A stretch of 64,000 nt of DNA from positions 3,269,848-3,333,847 of the forward strand of contig OZ218961.1 of assembly GCA_965112735.1 (NCBI GenBank), given 5' to 3'. Of the stretch, positions 47,776 through 58,432 are shown piece by piece. This DNA comes from Phaeosaccion multiseriatum (lineage: Eukaryota; Protista; Ochrophyta, other classes). The notes beneath the pieces are model-generated. The model was not told the origin of the DNA and did no database searches. It was given only the letters and a program-made list of their open reading frames with translations. How positions within the stretch are numbered: the stretch's first letter is position 1; each line of letters starts with the position of its first letter. Made by a program: the position numbers and the translations under genes.

Positions 47776-48287
47776 TGGCGGCACCATACGAACTGAGCGT
47801 TGGGGACGAGGTGGAGCTCTCTGTCCGGCTCTGGCGCCAAATCACAGAGACGACGGCGGCCATCCCCGGGGCGGACTCCAACATGAACGTCGCATTTGTG
47901 GTGGGCAGGCGCGGGCGCTCCCTCCTACTTCTACCGCAATTCCTCTTCCCGTGGCTCGTGTCTGTGCCGGGCCTGAGCTTCAGAGCCTCCCTCGCCACCT
48001 TCATGCGAGACCTGAGCACGGCAGAGGCCACCCCTGGGGGCGAGGTGCGGCCCCAGTGGAGGCTCCTGGCCAAGCAGCTCGTGTGCGTGCCCACCATATG
48101 GGATGGCACCATACGGGATGGCGAAGGAGGGGAGGGGGTGGGTACTGACAACCCCCCCACCCCCTTGGAGAGGGAGGTCATGGCCGGGCTGCGCAGAGTC
48201 ACGGACATCCCCGCCTACAGCGCCGTGCAGGTCAGTCAGTCGTGGCCTGTGGTGTGGTGTGGCTCGGCTAACCCTAAGCTCGTGTGA
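46128..48287 (+). CDS. Hypothetical protein with repeated C-x4-C...C-x2-H zinc-ribbon-like modules (WRKY19-like repeats); exon structure and 3' end uncertain
   Basis: CSAQNC...VCKRH, CSFSGC...LCEDH, CLHEAC...YCVGH, CSISRC...RCADH, plus an NLS-like KKRRR and acidic tracts. Confidence 0.6.
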
Positions 48288-48442
48288 CTCGAGTGAGGGT
48301 GCACTAGCTCACACTCCGCCGCTCGTAGCCAGTACTACGAAGTATGTGTGTTTCTTGACGTACAAGGTGTCCTTCACCTGCACTTTTCCTTGCGTCAAAA
48401 GCCAAAAGCGCAAAAGCGACTCTGGGCACACAGCTTTTCCTC

Positions 48443-48578
48443 CCTCATTCCTCTCCTTCTCTGCCTGCCCTTTGTCCTCATTCCTCTCCTTCTCTGCCTG
48501 CCCTTTGTACTCATTCCTCTCCTTCTCTGCCTGCCCTTTGTCCTCATTCCTCTCCTTCTCTGCCTGCCCTTTGTCCTG
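48443..48578 (+). repeat. 33-bp minisatellite x4 (CCTCATTCCTCTCCTTCTCTGCCTGCCCTTTGT)
   Basis: Seen directly. Confidence 0.9.
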
Positions 48579-49075
48579 CCCACTCTCCAATCTCCACAGC
48601 CGTGCTTGCGTGCTTCGAGCTGAGGAACCGCGGCCCTCTTGTGGCCAGGGAGCAGCAGAGGGCAGTCGATGGCAGTGGATGGCAGTGGGTGGCAGTGGAC
48701 AGCGTTGGATGGTAGTAGATGGCAGTAGAGGGCAGTAGGTGGGCACGGGCTCTGCATGCACACACACACACCCGCCGTTCCAGAGGTGGGCCCGTTAGCT
48801 TGAAAAGGGCGTCTGGACTGAACAGACACACCACATGTAGAGCGTGTGTCTCCTCTTCAATCCCATACAACTCATGTGTATAGAATACTTTTTAAGTGTC
48901 TTAAATCCTTCACCCTTCCAATGGATACTCATCTAATCTTACACTATATGTATCCATATACCTGCGCGGTTATACATGTACCCTGCACGCGAGGAAGCAC
49001 CAGAGAAGCCCCCTCTGCCGTCTGCCCTCTACCCCTAACGTGCCTTCCATGCATCAGGGGCTGACCTTTCATGCC

Positions 49076-49580
49076 TCAGGGGCTGAACTCTTTGAGAGTC
49101 TCGTTGATTATGTCCAGCGCGTCGTCGATCTGCCCCGTGCTGATGGTGAGGGGCGGCGCCAGGCGGATGATATTGCCTGCGCAGCGGGGGGGGCGAGGGC
49201 GAGGAACGGGAGTGAGCACGTAAGGGGGGCGAGCGATGCAGGGAGGAGCAGTAGGGGCAGCAAGAGCAGCAGCCGCAGGTGCCCCCCTCTCTCGGCACTC
49301 ACGCACGCACTCACTCACCGTGTGTGGGCTTGGCCAAGAGGCCCCTGTCCTTGAGGCGCAGACACACATCCCAGGCGGGCCCTCCATCGCCCTTCGCATC
49401 CTTAATGACGATGGCGTTGAGCAGGCCCCTTAGGACGGGTGAGGGGAGAGGGGAGGGGAAAGGTGAAGGGCAAGAGGAGAGGCGGTCCGGGCGGGATAAG
49501 AAAGCGCGCAGGCGAACACGCACATGCATACACGCGCACCCATGCACGCACACACCCGTACACATGCACACGCACACCCA

Positions 49581-49624
<44 letters not shown>

Positions 49625-49850
49625 CGCGCGCGAATGACCTTCCCCACCCTGTCCATTCTCCCACCTGCCCCTGACGAGCTCCACCAGCGGGCTCTGTATG
49701 TCCCGCAGGCCCCTCCTGAATCGCTGCCCCTGCTCGAAGGCCCTCTCATCGAGCCTCTCGTCCTTCAGCACGTTCAGCGCCGCCATCGCGACGCGGCAGG
49801 CGAGGGGGTTGCCGCCGTACGTGGAGCCGTGCTCGCCTGTGCCACCCACC

Positions 49851-49897
<47 letters not shown>

Positions 49898-50997
49898 GCA
49901 CGCACGCACGCACGCACAGAAAGAAGCAAAGAACGGGTTAGGGGTGTCGAGTACCCTCGGTCACTAACTCACCCTCGAGGCAAGGAAGGAAGAGCCGCTG
50001 GGGTGAGTGGTGTGTGTATGTGGTTGCGTGCAGTCCATTGTTGACTTACCGGGCTTGATGCGCAGCATGACGTCATCACTGGCCAGCACCGCTGAGACCG
50101 GGTACACGCCTCCGCTGAGAGCCTTGCCCAGCACCAGCATGTCTGTGCCAGGCAGGGGGGGGGGAGGGGATGGCAGCAGATGCTCAGGAAGGAGGGGAGC
50201 GCTGATGCACGGCGGGGAGCAAAGCTTCGCTCGGACCCCAGACTCGAGAGGGGGGGGAGCCTTGCGACTGTGAGGGGCTGAGGGGCTGCTCACTCTCACC
50301 CCTCACCCTGACTCCTCACCCTGACCTCGATCCATACTGACCTGGCTTTACTTCGTCGTAGTCGCACGCAAGCTGAGAGGGGGGAGGGAGGGAGGAGCGT
50401 CCCCCGAGGGGCGAGCACGAGCAAGCAGTGCATGTGGGAGGTCAGAGGCGCTTGACACAGCGGTGGACACATACTCTTAACTCTACGTTTCTGGGCATAT
50501 GGCGCATGCAAGGGTAGCGAAGAGCGACTGCACGCACCCACACCCGCCCCTGCCCCACCACTCACCCATTTTCCTGTCCTGCAAAGGCCTGTGAGAGTCA
50601 GTACACAGGGCATGGGAAGGGCAGCAGGGGGAGGAGACTTTAGACTCACAGGATGTATACACCCGACAAGAGTGGGAACAGAGTGAAAAGACCGCCGGCT
50701 CGATCTTCTCCCGTGGAGAGAAGCCAGCCACAGGCGCCTCCTTCATTTCCACCTCGCTCCAAGACTGGCCACGTCCTACCCACCCACGCACCTGTCTGCA
50801 CCTCATCCGCAATGAGCAGCACGTTCCTCTCCTGGCAGAGGGCCTGCACCCGCTTCATATACCCTTCCTGCGGCACCACCACCCCCGCCTCCCCCTGGAT
50901 GGGCTCCACCATGAATGCACAAACGTGGGGGTTGGCGTCCAGGGCAAGGCGGAGGGCCTCCGAATCGTCGTATGGGACTGTCACACGCACGCACGCA

Positions 50998-51063
<66 letters not shown>

Positions 51064-52213
51064 AGGGCAGAGAGGGGGGCGGGGCGCTTAGGGGAGGGGC
51101 GGGAGCATCGAGGCCATGAATCACTCCGGGGGAAAGAGAGAGAGAGACGAGACGGACAGGCAAAAGAGAGAAATAGAGAGACAGAGAGGCGAAAGAGATG
51201 TACAGAGAGAGAAAGACGGAGACAAAAGAGGCAAAAGGAGAGACCGACAGATCCGCACAGAGAGCTCTCTCCCTCTTTCCGTAACGTACCCGTGCTGAAG
51301 CCCGGCATGAAGGGGCCGAAGCCGTCCTTGCAAGTGGGGTCGGTGCTGCTCGAGACGGCGGCAAGTGTGCGCCCCCAGAAGTTGTTTGCTGCGAAGATGA
51401 CGTGCGCCTTGTTGTGCGGGATGCCCTTGGCCGCGTAGCCCCAGCGCCGCGCAAGCTTGATGGCGGTCTCCCCCGCCTCCACTCCGGTGTTCATGGGCAG
51501 CACTCTGTCGTAGCCGAAGAGCCCCGTCACGAACTTGGAGTACTCGCCCAGCGCGTCGGAGCAGAAGGCTCTGCTCGTGAGGGTGAGCCTCTGAGCCTGG
51601 GTCACCAGCGCCTCCACGATGCGGGGGTGGCAGTGCCCCTGGTTCACCGCAGAGTAGGCGCTGAGGCGGGCAAGCGCAAGCGCAAGGGCAAGGGCAACAA
51701 GGGCAAGGCAGCCTTAGGTGGTATCCTCCATGTGTTGGGCCTTCTCCCCCCAAGCGTTCCGTGCCGTTGTCTGCCGCAGCCCCCCTCAGCCTCACCTCAG
51801 GAAATCCAGATACTGCCGCCCCTCCACATCAGTCATGGTACAGCCGCGAGCCTCCTGCAGCGTGGCCAAAACAAACAAAAGTGGGCTCGCAAGTAAGAGG
51901 GGGGAAGGAAGAGGGGATAGGGCGAAGAGGAAGGAGAAAGGGGATCGTGACAGCCAGAGGCCCAGCAGGTAGACTCAGGACAAGCACCTACTTTGATCAC
52001 CACGGGCAGCGGATGATAGTTGTGTGCACCGTACTGATCCTCAAGTCCCATGTAGTCAGCCGTGGTCCCGAATGGTCGTGCGCGTGATGCTGCTGAGGCC
52101 TGATTGCTGAGGTTTCCTTTCCCACATTCCCCTGCCCTTCCTATCCCAAGCCCGGCTGCTCTTGCGCCTTCCCGGAGTGAGCGGCAGCCCCTCTTGCAGC
52201 CCGACTGAATCAT
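49076..52213 (-). CDS. OAT: Ornithine aminotransferase with probable mitochondrial presequence, about 10 exons including two very short ones
   Basis: [119 protein letters not shown]. Confidence 0.97.
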
Positions 52214-52696
52214 TACGGACGAAGCTAAGTATCTCCTCCTTCGTTGCGAACCAGACTCCGGTCCGAGGATACTTGCGCTTAGTCGCAGGCTCAGAAGTCT
52301 GACGTGTAGCCAGGGCTGAAGCTTAGGAAAGAGAGACCGCCAGATAACAGGAGAAGAGAAAAAAAAAGGAGGGGAAAAAGGAAGAGGGAGGAAAAAACGG
52401 GGGAAGAAAAAAAAACACGTAATCCGCTGACATTTGTGACACCTCGAGAGAGCGGGTGCCGAAATGATGGCTGAGGAGGATGGCAAGCAGCTGCAATGTA
52501 AGAAGGTACATGAGGGAAGGAGAAAGGTCGACAGCAATCGGATTGTGCCGCCGCTGGCTCTCTCAGTTTCGCAATGAAATCTCGCTTTAAGTATCGTCTC
52601 ATTTGAATAGATGAAGCACGTGAAGGGAAGTGGAGGGGCCCTACCCCCGTCTCCTGCTACCTACCCCCCCATCTTCAGAGCCAGCGTCTCAGCAAA

Positions 52697-54400
52697 CCTG
52701 TCTGTCTCCTCTCCAATGCTTCCTTGATGACGATCTCAAAAGCCCTATGCACCGGAGAAATGATCTTGCTCCTCTCCTCCTCCCACCACAGCACATTGCT
52801 CTGAAGCAGGTGCTCAATGCTGTAGCGGTATATAAGGAGTCATTGGCTCGCTATAAACCATTCAGAGCAGATTACGTGTTGGTGAGCAGAGCTTTGAAAA
52901 TAGCCTTTCCTGCCGCTCTCTCCTCGCCTTCGCCCAAAGTGACAAGCTTTTCAACACCCCTGATGACGAGCACAAGTGGCTTAGTGCCCTTCTTCTTTGC
53001 CGTTTTCTCCAACACCTCCAGCAGCTTCGTGTAACGGTTCGGCTCTGGCAGGTTCTCAAGACGTTTCACAACACGTCCAGCGGCAGTCTCGGCCGCAGCT
53101 GACGCATCGTCCCGACCCATCGCTGTCGTCGCTAAGACTGTGAGTTCTGGAAGAAAATAAATACTTTTCCACAACGCCCTCCACGCCCCAGTCTTGAGCG
53201 TACTTCTCCGGTACCGCATGAAGGACATGGTTTCACGCAAGGTGGTTTTGGTGTCTCCGCCTACTTCCTGGTCCCCCTTAAAGAACGCGGTCCAAAATAA
53301 GTCAGGAAGCTCCTTCAAGTCAATGTTGACCCCCTTGAGGTTGATCTCCACCACCAGCCTCCCCTCTGTTCTCCCCTCCTCGATGGCCTTCTGTATGGTG
53401 CGGGTCTTGCCCACCGACGTTCGGCCCCACACCATCAGGACTTGCCTCACCGGAGTCTCAAGCACGTACTCCTTCAGACCCTCAAGATAGGCGCCGTTGT
53501 TGATGAGAGGAAGCCTCTGCGTGCCTGATACGAAACGAGCAAAACCCTGACGTGAGCGCGCAGTCGTATAATAGGAGCCGCACGTTTGCTAGACTGGCAC
53601 CTTCACACTCTTTACCGCAGCACGAGCGCACGCCTTCTTCCATACCAGCCTACGCCATGGCTCGTACCTTTCCACCGCCTTGAGGGAGGCTCTCCATTAT
53701 CCTGCTTCATGTACAGAGCAGAAGACACGCCACGAGTCGGACTTCGACACGGGCCACTTGCTACGGCCCGGCCACTGTGGGAGTGCAGTGTTGGGGCCTG
53801 CCGCGCCGTACAAGGCCCAGCAGGGACGAAGTCACAGCCTGCGAAGAAGCAAAGGAGCACACCACGGGCATGTGACACAGGTTGTGCGGGCAGGTCAGAC
53901 CGGCACAGCATGGGAATTCAAAGCCGACAAGACAGGAAGAAAGGGCGGCAAAGACAGAGAGTACATACACTTCGATGAGAGCCCCAAAGGCAGAGACCAA
54001 AAAAGGAGCACGAACTAAAAGCAAGGGAGAGAGGAAGAGAGAGATAGAGCAACAAGGGGAAGAGAGAAATAGTTTTAAAAGACTATAAAACAAGCACTCA
54101 GACGGCGTGGGCAGATACAAGATGGGATTCAAGGCAGACTGGAACAGAAAGAGACAGAGACAAACACAGCGCGAGAGAGACAGAGAAAGAGGGGGCGAGG
54201 GGAATCTCACCTACCCCAAAAGCACTAGCCCCTCCCAGCATCACAACCACCACAATGTTGCTCTTACCATACTTCATGCTCCTGGTGGGAGCTTCGGTGG
54301 CGGGCGAGTGTGGCCCGCCAATGTTAAACGCCGGTCCGCCGGAATTGAAGGCCAGCCCAAGATGGGCTACCAGCAGCAAAAGTAGCATGAGCACCCGCAT
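52697..54400 (-). pseudogene. P-loop (AAA/archaeal-ATPase-like) gene with signal-peptide exon; probably internally deleted or disrupted
   Basis: Exon 54400-54211 (MRVLMLLLLLVAHLGLAF..., TM). Exon about 53524-52877 has Walker A GRTSVGKT and a degenerate Walker B (LVLVIRGV). A short in-frame C-terminal piece IEHLLQSNVLWW...ISPVHRAFE follows an AT-richer 57-bp interruption. Confidence 0.5.
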
Positions 54401-54583
54401 GCTCTTGGATGAAGTTTCTTTTGGACAAGGTGTCAGTCAAAGGGGGAAGAAAAAAAACATGCCGCTGATCCTCTCTTCTCCACACCCCCCACCACACACA
54501 GTCACTCTTGCCTTTCCAATCTACCTCCTCCTCCGAATACGATACTGGATCTGGCTTCTTTAATAGTGTTATAGTAGGAGGGG

Positions 54584-57500
54584 GGGTCTAGAGGCCTCGG
54601 AGGAAGTGGATCTCGACTGGCTCTCGGGTCTAGAGGCCTCGGACGAAGTGGATCTCGACTGGATCCCGGGTCTAGAGGCCTCGAACGAAGTGGATCTCCA
54701 CTGGCTCTCGGGTCTAGAGGCCTCGGACGAAGTGGATCTCGACTGGCTCTCGGGTCTAGAGGCCTCGGACGAAGTGGATCTCCACTGGATCCCGGGTCTA
54801 GAGGCCTCGGACGAAGTGGATCTCAACTGGCTCTCGGGTCTAGAGGCCTCGAACGAAGTGGATCTCGACTGGTTCTCGGGTGTAGAGGCCTCGAACGAAG
54901 TGGATCTCAACTGGATCCCGGGTCTAGAGGCCTCGAACGAAGTGGATCTCAACTGGATCCCGGGTCTAGAGGCCTCGAACGAAGTGGATCTCGACTGGCT
55001 CTCGGGTCTAGAGGCCTCGAACGAAGTGGATCTCAACTGGTTCTCGGGTCCAGAGGCCTCGGACGAAGTGGATCTCCACTGGATCCCGGGTCTAGAGGCC
55101 TCGGACGAAGTGGATCTCAACTGGCTCTCGGGTCTAGAGGCCTCGAACGAAGTGGATCTCGACTGATTCTCGGGTGTAGAGGCCTCGAACGAAGTGGATC
55201 TCAACTGGATCCCGGGTCTAGAGGCCTCGAACGAAGTGGATCTCAACTGGATCCCGGGTCTAGAGGCCTCGAACGAAGTGGATCTCGACTGGCTCTCGGG
55301 TCTAGAGGCCTCGAACGTAGTGGATCTCAACTGGATCCCGGGTCTAGAGGCCTCGGACGAAGTGGATCTCGACTGGATCCCGGGTCTAGAGGCCTCGGAC
55401 GAAGTGGATCTCAACTGGATCCCGGGTCTAGAGGCCTCGGACGAAGTGGATCTCGACTGGATCCCGGGTCTAGAGGCCTCGAACGAAGTGGTTCTCGACT
55501 GGTTCCCGGGTCTAGAGGCCTCGAATGAAGTGGATCTCGACTGGATCCCGGGTCTAGAGGCCTCGGACGAAGTGGATCTCAACTGGATCCCGGGTCTAGA
55601 GGCCTCGCACGAAGTGGATCTCAACTGGATCCCGGGTCTAGAGGCCTCGGACGAAGTGGATCTCAACTCGCTCTCGGGTCTAGAGGCCTCGAACGAAGTG
55701 GATCTCAACTGGATCCCGGGCCTAGAGGCCTCAGACGAAGTGGATCTCGACTGGATCCCGGGTCTAGAGGCCTCGGACGAAGTGGATCTCGACTGGCTCT
55801 CGGGTCTAGAGGCCTCGAACGAAGTGGATCTCAACTGGCTCCCGGGTCCAGAGGCCTCGGACGAAGTGGATCTCGACTGGATCCCGGGTCTAGAGGCCTC
55901 GAACGAAGTGGATCTCAACTGGCTCTCGGGTCTAGAGGCCTCGAACGAAGTGGATCTCAACTGGATCCCGGGTCTAGAGGCCTCGAACGAAGTGGATCTC
56001 AGCTGGATCCCGGGTCTAGAGGTCTCGAACGAAGTGGATCTCAACTGGCTCCCGGGTCTAGAGGCCTCGGACGAAGTGGATCTCAACTGGCTCTCGGGTC
56101 TAGAGGCCTCGAACGAAGTGGATCTCAACTGGATCCCGGGTCTAGAGGCCTCGAACGAAGTGGATCTCAACTGGCTCCCGGGTCTAGAGGCCTCGAACGA
56201 AGTGGATCTCAACTGGCTCCCGGGTCTAGAGGCCTCGAACGAAGTGGATCTCAACTGGCTCTCGGGTCTAGAGGCCTCGGACGAAGTGGATCTCAACTGG
56301 ATCCCGGGTCTAGAGGCCTCGGACGAAGTGGATCTCGACTGGCTCTCGGGTCTAGAGGCCTCGAACGAAGTGGATCTCGACTGGATCCCGGGTCTAGAGG
56401 CCTCGAACGAAGTGGATCTCAACTGGCTCCCGGGTCTAGAGGCCTCAAACGAAGTGGATCTCAACTGGCTCTCGGGTCTAGAGGCCTCGAACGAAGTGGA
56501 TCTCAACTGGCTCTCGGGTCTAGAGGCCTCGGACGAAGTGGATCTCAACTGGATCCCGCGTCTAGAGGCCTCGGACGAAGTGGATCTCGACTGGCTCTCG
56601 GGTCTAGAGGCCTCGAACGAAGTGGATCTCAACTGGATCCCGGGTCTAGAGGCCTCGAACGAAGTGGATCTCAACTGGCTCTCGGGTCTAGAGGCCTCGA
56701 ACGAAGTGGATCTCAACTGGATCCCGGGTCTAGAGGCCTCGAACGAAGTGGATCTCAACTGGCTCCCGGGTCTAGAGGCCTCGAACGAAGTGGATCTCAA
56801 CTGGCTCTCGGGTCTAGAGGCCTCGAACGAAGTGGATCTCAACTGGATCCCGGGTCTAGAGGCCTCCGACGAAGTGGATCTCGACTGGCTCTCGCGTCTA
56901 GAGGCCTCGAACGAAGTGGATCTCAAGTGGTTCTCGGGTCTAGAGGCCTCGAACGAACTGGATCTCAATTGGCTCTCGGGTCTAGAGGCCTCGGACGAAG
57001 TGGATCTCAACTGGATCCGGGGTCTAGAGGCCTCAGACGAAGTGGATCCCAACTGGATCCCGGGTCTAGAGGCCTCGGACGAAGTGGATCTCAACTGGAT
57101 CCCGGGTCTAGAGGCCTCCGACGAAGTGGATCTCGACTGGCTCTCGCGTCTAGAGGCCTCGAACGAAGTGGATCTCAAGTGGTTCTCGGGTCTAGAGGCC
57201 TCGAACGAAGTGGATCTCAACTGGATCTCGGGTCTAGAGGCCTCGAACGAAGTGGATCTCAACTGGCTCTCGGGTCTAGAGGCCTCGAACGAAGTGGATC
57301 TCAACTGGATCTCGGGTCTAGAGGCCTCAGACGAAGTGGATCTCAACTGGATCTCGGGTCTAGAGGCCTCGGACGAAGTGGATCTCAAGTTGTTCGCGGG
57401 TCTCGAGGCCTCGAACGAAGTGGATCTCAACTGGCTCTCGGGTCTAGAGGCCACGGACGAAGTGGATCTCAACTGGATCCCGGGTCTAGAGGCCTCGAAC

Positions 57501-58256
57501 GAAGTGGATCTCAACTGGATCTCGGGTCTAGAGGCCTCGGACGAAGTGGATCTCAACTGGATCCCGGGTCTAGAGGCCTCGAACGAAGTGGATCTCAACT
57601 GGCTCTCGGGTCTAGAGGCCTCGAACGAAGTGGATCTCAACTGGATCCCGGGTCTAGAGGCCTCAGACGAAGTGGATCTCAACTGGATCTCGGGTCTAGA
57701 GGCCTCAAACGAAGTGGATCTCGACTGGATCCCGGGTCTAGAGGCCTCGAACGAAGTGGATCTCAACTGGCTCTCGGGTCTAGAGGCCTCGAACGAAGTG
57801 GATCTCAACTGGAACCCGGGTCTAGAGGCCTCGGACGAAGTGGATCTCAACTGGATCCCGGGTCCAGAGGCCTCGAACGAAGTGGATCTCAACTGGAACC
57901 CGGGTCTAGAGGCCTCGGACGAAGTCGATCTCAACTGGATCCCGGGTCTAGAGGCCTCGAACGAAGTGGATCTCAACTGGCTCTCGGGTCTAGAGGCCTC
58001 GAACGAAGTGGATCTCAACTGGATCTCGGGTCAAGAGGCCTCAAACGAAGTGGATCTCAAGTGGTTCTCGGGTCTAGAGGCCTCGAACGAAGTGGATCTC
58101 AACTGGCTCTCGGGTCTAGAGGCCTCGGACGAAGTGGATCTCAACTGGCTCTCGGGTCTAGAAGCCTCGAACGAAGTTCATCTCAACTGGATCCCGGGTC
58201 TAGAGGCCTCGAACGAAGTGGATCTCAACTGGATCCCGGGTCTAGAGGCCTCGAAC
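54584..58256. repeat. Subtelomeric 42-bp satellite, proximal array (about 87 units)
   Basis: Consensus GATCTC[A/G]ACTGG[A/C/T]TC[C/T]CGGGTCTAGAGGCCTCG[A/G]ACGAAGTG; gives the 14-aa period in the ORF track. Confidence 0.98.
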
Positions 58257-58432
58257 TGTGGAGTAGGCCACTCTTTCATGCCAAATCGGAAACCCGAGGC
58301 AATTGTTTAATATATTTTACTCTCGTTCTATCAATAAGGTTTTGACGTCTTATCTCTCCCACCAAGGAGTGGGGAGTCCACAGACAAAGAGTGTGAGTCA
58401 CAGTTAGTTAGCGCAAGTTCACCGACGCTACA
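58257..58432. mobile_element. Solo-LTR-like insertion (176 bp, TG...CA ends, 4-bp target duplication GAAC)
   Basis: ...GGCCTC-GAAC|TGTGGAG...CGCTACA|GAAC-GAAG...: removing the insert and one GAAC restores an intact satellite unit. The interior is AT-rich. Confidence 0.78.

Noticed and set aside
229-52602. Numerous overlapping ORFs in the six-frame track, including those through (GA)n, (CA)n and (CAGA)n tracts
   Set aside because: Shadow frames expected from high GC content and microsatellites; they overlap better-supported spliced genes.
54255-54563. Plus-strand ORF with a hydrophobic N-terminus that might splice into the satellite
   Set aside because: It overlaps antisense the better-supported first exon of the ATPase gene, and the splice model is speculative.
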